IMG/VR virus record: IMGVR_UViG_3300025087_000038
Coordinates: 32,001 to 96,000 of that record
DNA: 64,000 nucleotides
Strand: one strand, 5' to 3'
DNA from: a virus
Shown: in pieces, positions 11,101 through 17,069 of the stretch
Layout: every line of letters starts with the position of its first letter
Numbering within the stretch: position 1 is the stretch's first letter
The notes under the pieces: generated by a model
Told to the model about the DNA's origin: nothing
Database searches by the model: none
What the model saw: the letters and a program-made list of their open reading frames with translations, nothing else
Made by a program: the position numbers and the translations under genes

Positions 11101-12085
11101 CTATGGAATATATTTAGATTGCGATTCAACATCTACGGGTATTCTTTCTAAAACCTATGGACTTTATGCTTATGCACATGGAGCACAGAACAGTTTTGGC
11201 GTATATGGAATCGGAGAAGCAGGGACAAATAATTATGGAGGATATTTTGAAGGCGCAACTGCCGATATCTGGCTTGAAAATAGAAAACTCAAAGCAGGCG
11301 GAACATGGACTTTCCCTGTAGCGGATGCGGCAGGAGTTTTATATTCAAACGGTTCTGGAACTTTGGCGTTAGGAGATACATTAGTTGCCGATGGCGGCAC
11401 TGGCGCTTCTACTGCAACTTTAGGATTTAATGCTTTATCTCCTGTAACTACAAGAGGGGATATTATCGTTAGGGACGCAACAAATAATATTAGACTTGCG
11501 TTAGGTAGTGCAGGTAAAATATTACGGTCTGATGGGACGGATTTAGTATATTCAACCTCAACTTTCGCTGATACCTATACCGCTTCAACCCTCTTATATT
11601 CCAACGGTGCTAACACTGTTCAGGGGTTAGCGACTGCCAATGATGGCGTTTTAGTTACATCGGCAACTGGTGTGCCGAGTATTGCGGCGGCGATAGCGGC
11701 GGTTAATCTGCCGACTGGGTCGTTCACGTTATTGACTTTTGATATGACCGCAACGGCTTTAACTTCAACAAACGTATTGAGGGCTTTCACCTTACCCGCA
11801 AACACTTATGCTTACATTATTGTAATGTGTGGTTGGCACGTAGCGGGCGGGACGAACGAGGCTTGTGAATGGAATGTGCAAGTAAGAGATAACACTGTCG
11901 TAAAAGGTAACGCAGTCCCGTGGAAACAATCGGCGACAGGAACGGGTGATACTTGGACAAACGGTAGTGTAACAGCCGCTATTTTTACTGATACGAGTGC
12001 GAATAGCGTAGACGCCTACGGTACGGAGGTAAGTGGAACTGGGACTTTGACGGCGGACTGGTTTGTAGTTCTGGGAGTCAAGTAG
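8138..12085 (+). CDS. long tail fibre / receptor-binding protein
   Basis: 1315 aa, Gly/Thr/Asn-rich; repeated (L/I)xVRSGEDVYGN units; ERIRIEGGGNIGIGTT and DMPGRIVFSTTPD fibre-type motifs. Confidence 0.75.
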   Translation: MSYGYFSDKYLLPTQVHGDNMSGTQEKRKSRILDNQLYISLWLHGTGNGVIKEGMYLGTFSSNNSTVQLIENKPNPALECLINQVYGYTTGALTWTGLANNTIYYLYANIVEQATDTNPSGASTREYKSIGTSFNITGITPTDAILIATATTTASAISININPSGKRYIKSIEDTTDFVSGITVFGNAEFKKAVEIDGGITSGINIYGNVTITGTGNTFAVWNPTTFNRPVTFNDYIIGNPLTVRSGEDVYGNETVRGNLILQGKIASGIDVFGGDSIFRDDVVLQRTLEVIHGTTLDSLIVRSGEDVYGNGIFHDNVTIQDNLTVLGKVDITKNLIVRSGEEIFGDSVFRDKVTVQDGIDSNSPISTSGLSIFGDLYVTGGFPQGADEKARVTITDTTPNFLASKIVAGANVTVTTLNPGGDETLRIASTGGSGSPGGNNTEVQYNDAAAFGGAAGLRYNNSTHLVTINSGIDVTGTSTFRGNTKVQGTLAVGNDYNEPWFGSQVHVIDEPDTYIMVETLNSLGYAGIAFKTPNITMLNDVPFVYANDSDKSLRLYAFGKDEIILEDEQVRIQDRLLLHSGIDAYGNIFFRSGVEVQENLRIDRTLNVEGQSNQSGINVFGDLIVKQNLRTNFLQVSQNVNDRFSSGMENPNAGTAAITEWRIGEDITTIDSKYFTIGYVGSGYTPSGYVNPNQADIIATSLVTNGFVIGTNGNAPIKFVTNQAERIRIEGGGNIGIGTTSAQSKLHFVSTGAGYNPVMIEDIIAATTGGDIFLQHARGTTEANKTILLNNDVMGGIYARGYDGFNYQTGASIEFEVDGTPGATDMPGRIVFSTTPDNSSTLIDRFIVNSNGHLLPAALGYNIGESGLGVSQLWVSNVNSSKVSFDDGTTLTTGGSSGATTALDNLASVAINTHLLPSGDSSIDLGTSTGPNRFRVGYFDRLNVNDGTLADDTSNAIMGIINLSGAGAPKGLNLDVDYSGVTANLVSYGIYLDCDSTSTGILSKTYGLYAYAHGAQNSFGVYGIGEAGTNNYGGYFEGATADIWLENRKLKAGGTWTFPVADAAGVLYSNGSGTLALGDTLVADGGTGASTATLGFNALSPVTTRGDIIVRDATNNIRLALGSAGKILRSDGTDLVYSTSTFADTYTASTLLYSNGANTVQGLATANDGVLVTSATGVPSIAAAIAAVNLPTGSFTLLTFDMTATALTSTNVLRAFTLPANTYAYIIVMCGWHVAGGTNEACEWNVQVRDNTVVKGNAVPWKQSATGTGDTWTNGSVTAAIFTDTSANSVDAYGTEVSGTGTLTADWFVVLGVK

Positions 12086-12100
12086 AGGAGGAAACAAAAG

Positions 12101-12298
12101 ATGAAAGAAGGAATTTCGCAGGAATTTATATTTAAGTCAGAAGATAACGAAACATTAAGCGCAGTAATAATAGACTTAGAAAAATTAGATGGAACACCGC
12201 CCGAATCTATAAACATTTTGCCCAACTTAAGTCCGTTTGGAGTAGCAATTTTTCAAGAAATATTTAATGGTATAAAACCGTATTTACCGATAAAATAA
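12101..12298 (+). CDS. small hypothetical protein (fibre-associated)
   Basis: GAGGAGG RBS; follows fibre gene. Confidence 0.55.
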   Translation: MKEGISQEFIFKSEDNETLSAVIIDLEKLDGTPPESINILPNLSPFGVAIFQEIFNGIKPYLPIK

Positions 12299-12309
12299 GG
12301 AGGGCAAAA

Positions 12310-12570
12310 ATGGCAAAAGTATTAAAGCAATCGTGGCTAACGCTTTGGGATAAAAATGGAGATGGTATAATAGACGAAGTGGACGCCAGTTGGATAATAG
12401 GTACAACTGATGATGTAAATCTAATTAGACAAGGGGGAAGAAGTTATACTATACAAACAACCTATTTGAACCCAGCTGGAGATTTGAATAGTTTAACTGG
12501 AACAATAACAATAAGTCAGTTGATAACGGCAATAAAAACCAACATAAAAAGCGCAGAAAACATAATATAG
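12310..12570 (+). CDS. small hypothetical protein (fibre-associated)
   Basis: AAGGAGG RBS; 86 aa. Confidence 0.55.
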   Translation: MAKVLKQSWLTLWDKNGDGIIDEVDASWIIGTTDDVNLIRQGGRSYTIQTTYLNPAGDLNSLTGTITISQLITAIKTNIKSAENII

Positions 12571-12582
12571 GAGGAACCTAAA

Positions 12583-12741
12583 ATGAAAGAAAAAATAGAA
12601 GCGAGAATAAAAGAATTAGAAAAGTTGGTAGAGGAAAGGCAAATAGCCCTTCAACAATTATCAGCTAATCATAATGGGTTATTACACCGAATAGACGAAC
12701 TAAAACTACTGATAAAGGAACCAGAAGTAAAAGCAAGCTAA
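12583..12741 (+). CDS. 52-aa coiled-coil protein, possible fibre chaperone (not in ORF track)
   Basis: AGGAGG RBS; MKEKIEARIKELEKLVEERQIALQQL... Confidence 0.55.
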   Translation: MKEKIEARIKELEKLVEERQIALQQLSANHNGLLHRIDELKLLIKEPEVKAS

Positions 12742-12767
12742 AAAATAAGTAGTTAAAGGAGAAACAT

Positions 12768-13763
12768 ATGGGATATGGATTTTTTACTGATAAATACACT
12801 TTCCCTGCTCAAGTTAAAGGAGATATTATGTCTGAGCGGGAAGAAAAAAGAAAAGCAAGAATTATAGATAACAACCTCTACGCCGCAATACTTTTACATA
12901 GTGCAGGATATGGCGTTATAAGTGAAGGAACTTACTCAGGAGTGTTTGTAAACAATGGTTCCGCAGTATATCTTACTGCATTAGAAGCATTGATAAGCCA
13001 GATTTATGTTTCTCCTACAAGTACTTTATCTTGGACAAATTTGTCTAATAATACTACTTATTATCTTTATGCTACTTTAATAGAACAAGCAACTGATGCC
13101 AATCCTGCTGGGGCCAGTAGTAGAGAATACAAAAGTGTGGATACAACCACAAACACAACAGGGATAATTCCGTCTAACTCTATTTTAGTAGCAACGGCAA
13201 CTACTACGGCAACTGCTATAACCATAAACAGTAATCCTACTGGGAAACGTATGATAGTAACTGTAGCCGACCATGATTTACATGGTAGTGGGGTAGATAC
13301 CTATAACGATTCTACATTTAGAGGAGATGTAAACATTCAAGATACACTTACTGTTGAGGACCCTTCTACATTCCAGAGACTAGTAACTTTTGAAAAGGAT
13401 ATAAAACTAAACGGTGGAATAGAAAGTGGACTAAGTATTTACGGGGCTGATACTATAGTAAGAGACGATTTAGTTGTACAAAAAACAGCTACTATTAATC
13501 AAACCCTAACAGTAAACGATGATTCAACTCTAGAACATCTTTTAATAAGAAGTGGAGCTGAGGTTTATGGAAACTCAACGGTACATGGAGACCTAACAAT
13601 TACAGCAGACTTAGTAGTAAGAGGAAACAATAATGAAGTATATGTATCTGCCGGTTCGGGACTAGACATAGAGTTTCACGATTTTGCCGGTACCAAAATA
13701 GCTTACATGGATGGTGGCGGAAACTTTTATTTGAAGGGTCAGTCCTATAATAATGCTTTTTAA
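12768..13763 (+). CDS. second, short tail fibre-like protein, paralogue of 8138..12085
   Basis: N-terminal ~160 aa clearly homologous to the long fibre (MGYGFFTDKY.../MSYGYFSDKY...; GASSREYKS/GASTREYKS); same RSGxEVYGN repeats. Confidence 0.7.
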   Translation: MGYGFFTDKYTFPAQVKGDIMSEREEKRKARIIDNNLYAAILLHSAGYGVISEGTYSGVFVNNGSAVYLTALEALISQIYVSPTSTLSWTNLSNNTTYYLYATLIEQATDANPAGASSREYKSVDTTTNTTGIIPSNSILVATATTTATAITINSNPTGKRMIVTVADHDLHGSGVDTYNDSTFRGDVNIQDTLTVEDPSTFQRLVTFEKDIKLNGGIESGLSIYGADTIVRDDLVVQKTATINQTLTVNDDSTLEHLLIRSGAEVYGNSTVHGDLTITADLVVRGNNNEVYVSAGSGLDIEFHDFAGTKIAYMDGGGNFYLKGQSYNNAF

Positions 13764-13866
13764 AAATGAATAGTCTAAAAATTCAACCTTTATATGTGGG
13801 ATCATTGATACAGTATACAACTCTTTTTAGAGGAAATGAAAAAATAGCAAGCACTTTTGCCAGTTC

Positions 13867-13877
13867 TGTAGTATAAT
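13867..13877 (+). promoter_or_regulatory. YGTAGTATAAT promoter-like motif
   Basis: TGTAGTATAAT followed by AGGAGGA RBS. Confidence 0.65.
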
Positions 13878-13897
13878 ATAGATAGGAGGAATAAACT

Positions 13898-14185
13898 ATT
13901 AAAATATCTGATGTAACTAAAGACTACCGAATTTTTCTTTTTAAATATCTAAAATCTCACCCGGACGAAGTATTTACAACTAGGGATATGGAATTGCTAT
14001 GTCTTACTAATGGATATAATAAAATAAGTATCCATTCTATAAGAGGATTTGCTTCATCTTCTTTACCGCACTTCAAAAAACAACTAATCAATTTTAGTAA
14101 TAAGACAAGTAAAAACACCCCAGTTTGGTATGGGTGTCCGCAAGCAATTAAAAAACTGTCTACAACGTTTAAGGAGGTAAAATGA
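13898..14185 (+). CDS. hypothetical protein, probable non-AUG (ATT) start
   Basis: GGAGGA RBS 7 nt before an in-frame ATT; frame continues into track ORF 13988..14185. Confidence 0.45.
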   Translation: MKISDVTKDYRIFLFKYLKSHPDEVFTTRDMELLCLTNGYNKISIHSIRGFASSSLPHFKKQLINFSNKTSKNTPVWYGCPQAIKKLSTTFKEVK

Positions 14186-15018
14186 AACTAAGTTACTTTA
14201 GTGAAGTAATTCCAAAATGGCAACTAAGACGAGAAACTAGATATAATTTAGAGGAGAAGTTTACCAGTTTTACAGGACATATAGACATAGTTGAATTGCA
14301 TATCCCTTACACTAAATACAAATATCTATTTGAGTTGTTTGAACAAACGAAAAGGATAAAAAGCAAAAAGATACTAGTCTGCGCAGGAGATAGTTTGAAT
14401 TTAGATTTATTTGGTCCATTTTACCCTAAAACTTCCGAAGATACAAAACCTTCCTTTGAAATAAAGATATTGATAAAAGTGTTACAAGAAGCAGAAAAAG
14501 TATATGACCATATAATATTTTTGACTACTAACCATGAAGGAAGATTAGAGAAAATAATTCAAAGAAATCTACACTCAAGAGAACAAGCTGTAGAGCTAAT
14601 CGATAGAATGCGAAAATTAAATGAGGACTTTAAAGAGAGCGGGTTAAAAAAAATAGTGGTTGTACCTGATTGTATATTTCAAATAGGCGATGTAGTAATA
14701 ACCCATTTTGAAAATAATTCTATGGTTCCTGGTACTATACCTAAAAATATCATACAATATCTCCTGCCAAGACTAAAAAAAGAATGGAATATTTGTTTTC
14801 AAAGTCATACTCATGGTCAATCCAAAATGGCATTAGAACGTAAACTGGTAATAGAAACGGGAGCGTTATGCCCAACTTTGGATTACTGGCGTAGAGGGCA
14901 AATGTCTGGACGAGGTAAAATGACAAGTCTTGGATACGCCCAAGCAGAAACAGTAAAAGGTAAAGCAAGTTTAAATAGTTGTAATTTTGTAATTTGTGAG
15001 TGGGAAGATTGGTTGTAA
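14182..15018 (+). CDS. calcineurin-like metallophosphoesterase (divergent)
   Basis: Motif order ELHIP, AGDSLNLD, TNHE, ITH, SHTH. Confidence 0.7.
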   Translation: MKLSYFSEVIPKWQLRRETRYNLEEKFTSFTGHIDIVELHIPYTKYKYLFELFEQTKRIKSKKILVCAGDSLNLDLFGPFYPKTSEDTKPSFEIKILIKVLQEAEKVYDHIIFLTTNHEGRLEKIIQRNLHSREQAVELIDRMRKLNEDFKESGLKKIVVVPDCIFQIGDVVITHFENNSMVPGTIPKNIIQYLLPRLKKEWNICFQSHTHGQSKMALERKLVIETGALCPTLDYWRRGQMSGRGKMTSLGYAQAETVKGKASLNSCNFVICEWEDWL

Positions 15019-15057
15019 AAAATATATTTTTAAAAACACGCTTTTTTTCTTAAATTT

Positions 15058-15068
15058 TGTAGTATAAT
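15058..15068 (+). promoter_or_regulatory. YGTAGTATAAT promoter-like motif
   Basis: TGTAGTATAAT in intergenic T-rich context. Confidence 0.6.
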
Positions 15069-15211
15069 TTCTCTAGAAAGAAATTAATAAGGGAGACTAA
15101 ATGGGGAGAAAAAGATAAAAAATCTTTTTTAGAAAAAAAGATTTTTTTCTAAATTTTTATAAGTCTATTAAATATAAAGAGTTACAAAAACAAAATATTT
15201 TTGATTTGCCC

Positions 15212-15240
15212 TTGATTTTTTACCAAAAATAACATATAAT
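15212..15240 (+). promoter_or_regulatory. sigma70-type promoter
   Basis: TTGATT-17 nt-TATAAT with AT-rich upstream tract, followed by GAAAGGAG RBS. Confidence 0.6.
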
Positions 15241-15269
15241 TATATTGTAGGAAAGGAGACGTAAAGAGG

Positions 15270-15647
15270 ATGACTATTCACAGCAAGATAAAGCTAAAGA
15301 AAAGTCAAAAGTTTTGGAATATTACTCATAACCCTAAGTATACAAAACTAGTATTTGTCTACAGTAACCAAGGGTTAGTCTATAATCAAGCTAATCCTAC
15401 GCATTCAACTTTATTTTCAGATTTTGCCAATCAAATAAGTTCTTTATTTATTGATGGACGGGTAGCAGAATATAATGGTAAATCTGTAGTTCAGTTTTAT
15501 GGACTTACAAATTCTTTTACGCTTGTAGAACGGGAATTGATAAAATCTTGTTTACAGGAATTACTTTCTCTAGGCTATGTTACCGTTAATAGTTATGCAA
15601 TAGATGGTGCTGATAATGTATTAGGAATAGTAGAAAGTTTAACTTAG
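15270..15647 (+). CDS. hypothetical protein
   Basis: 125-aa ORF downstream of promoter and RBS. Confidence 0.6.
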   Translation: MTIHSKIKLKKSQKFWNITHNPKYTKLVFVYSNQGLVYNQANPTHSTLFSDFANQISSLFIDGRVAEYNGKSVVQFYGLTNSFTLVERELIKSCLQELLSLGYVTVNSYAIDGADNVLGIVESLT

Positions 15648-15655
15648 ATTAAGAT

Positions 15656-15666
15656 TGTAGTATAAT
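15656..15666 (+). promoter_or_regulatory. YGTAGTATAAT promoter-like motif
   Basis: TGTAGTATAAT followed by GAAAGGA. Confidence 0.65.
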
Positions 15667-15729
15667 GTAATTGAAAGGAAAGGGAGATGCAAAGAGGATT
15701 AGCACGAGGAAAATCAATCAAAACAATTT

Positions 15730-15810
15730 TAGGGAAAGCAGATAGGTTTTGTCAGTCTCCGGCTACTTCTCCTCGGGGTAGCAATCCTCAGACACTATCT
15801 GCTTTTTCTA
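15730..15810 (+). ncRNA. predicted structured RNA / leader
   Basis: ~15-bp closing stem AGGGAAAGCAGATAG/CTATCTGCTTTTTCT with inner GCTACTTC/GGGGTAGC stem. Confidence 0.4.
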
Positions 15811-15883
15811 TTTTATAGGAAAGGAGTTGGACTATTAGGGTAAGTCGCCCGCAGACTGGAGCGGGAAAATAGGGAGGTAGAAA

Positions 15884-16048
15884 ATGGAAAAATGTCGGCA
15901 ATATGAATTTCCTGAGCGGGATTGTCTTCCCCTCAGAAACCTTTTAGACCTCTGTCCCTCATGCAGGGACGAGGAAAAAGGTAATTGCATGTGTGTTTGG
16001 GCTCCCGCTGGGCACAACCACACATGCAATTTAGTTGAAGAGGCGTAG
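15884..16048 (+). CDS. 54-aa Cys-rich protein (not in ORF track)
   Basis: AGGGAGGT RBS; MEKCRQYEFPERDCLPLRNLLDLCPSC...CMC...HTC. Confidence 0.55.
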   Translation: MEKCRQYEFPERDCLPLRNLLDLCPSCRDEEKGNCMCVWAPAGHNHTCNLVEEA

Positions 16049-16067
16049 TAATCTACGCCTCTTTTTT
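16038..16067 (+). terminator. intrinsic terminator
   Basis: GAAGAGGCGTAG-TAAT-CTACGCCTCTT followed by T-run. Confidence 0.8.
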
Positions 16068-16118
16068 GTGTTTTCTCGGTCCGCCGGATTGCAGGCGGGA
16101 AAATAGGGAGGTGGGAAG

Positions 16119-16361
16119 ATGAAGAGAGTAATGATTGGAGAAGGAAAGTCTGCAGGTTTGTGCGAAGAGTATTCGCACAAGGAATTAGTAAGAAAATTTG
16201 GCTTCCCCAATTGGGCAAAATGGTCGGACCATCTGTATCCGGGGCCCTATACCGAGCGTTGGGTAGGGTATGAGGATTGCCCAACCGGGGAGGTTTGTCG
16301 CCACTGGTACAACAACGTCTGGAGAAATCCCCAGACAGGAAGGTTTGTCTGGGTAAAATAA
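16119..16361 (+). CDS. hypothetical protein
   Basis: AGGGAGGT RBS; C-terminal RNPQTGRF motif. Confidence 0.55.
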   Translation: MKRVMIGEGKSAGLCEEYSHKELVRKFGFPNWAKWSDHLYPGPYTERWVGYEDCPTGEVCRHWYNNVWRNPQTGRFVWVK

Positions 16362-16490
16362 AAAGAGGCAGGGAGATATCAACTGGGTTTATGCGGATGG
16401 AGATATAATATGTCAGAGGTAATATTCCTGGAGTTTGAAACTGTTCTGTCTATTGTTCTAAGAACAACATAGAAGGAAAGGAGTAAAAGA

Positions 16491-17069
16491 ATGAATCAGG
16501 AGACTAAAAGGATAACGGAGATAGTAGAAGAAATAAGAGGCGGTAATCAAAGTAATTGTCAAGAATTAGTAAACCTTTTAAAGAAGCGCGTAATAGTTAA
16601 GGTAAGAAACGTAAATTTATATGAAGCCGAACAAGATGAGATAATAGACGATTGTGTAGCAACGACTTTGTGTTATGCAATTAACACTTGGAATAAGGGG
16701 CGCGCAGCAAGTTTTTTAACCTACTTCTATTTACGTTGTAGGGCAACAATTTGGAACAAATGTGTGGTTCTACATAACAAACATCAATGCGTTCGTCTAA
16801 ATTCAATTAGTATTGAAGCAATGGAAGACTGGAAAGAGCCTGGAGAAGAAGATAATGTAGTTGAATATAACGACATAGTAAAAGAAATTTCAAACTCTTT
16901 GTCTAAAGAAGCAAGGAGCGTATTTAAAGGGATAGTTCAAGGAAATAGATTAACAACCGTATACCCAAAACAAGTCATTAATGAAATCAGAGACAATCCA
17001 GTAGTTCAAGAAACAGCTTCACACTATACCCGATGTAAAAACGGTAGGGTAGAAAGGGTATGGCAATGA
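16491..17069 (+). CDS. phage sigma-70-family-like factor
   Basis: AINTWNKGRAASFLTYFYLRCRATI resembles sigma region 2.3/2.4 (AIxxFDxxRGxSFxTYxxxxIR); size and helical layout of a group 3/4 sigma. Confidence 0.65.
   Translation: MNQETKRITEIVEEIRGGNQSNCQELVNLLKKRVIVKVRNVNLYEAEQDEIIDDCVATTLCYAINTWNKGRAASFLTYFYLRCRATIWNKCVVLHNKHQCVRLNSISIEAMEDWKEPGEEDNVVEYNDIVKEISNSLSKEARSVFKGIVQGNRLTTVYPKQVINEIRDNPVVQETASHYTRCKNGRVERVWQ

Noticed and set aside
8138-13763. Diversity-generating retroelement targeting the fibres
   Set aside because: No reverse transcriptase and no template/variable repeat pair with A-specific mismatches was seen in this window.
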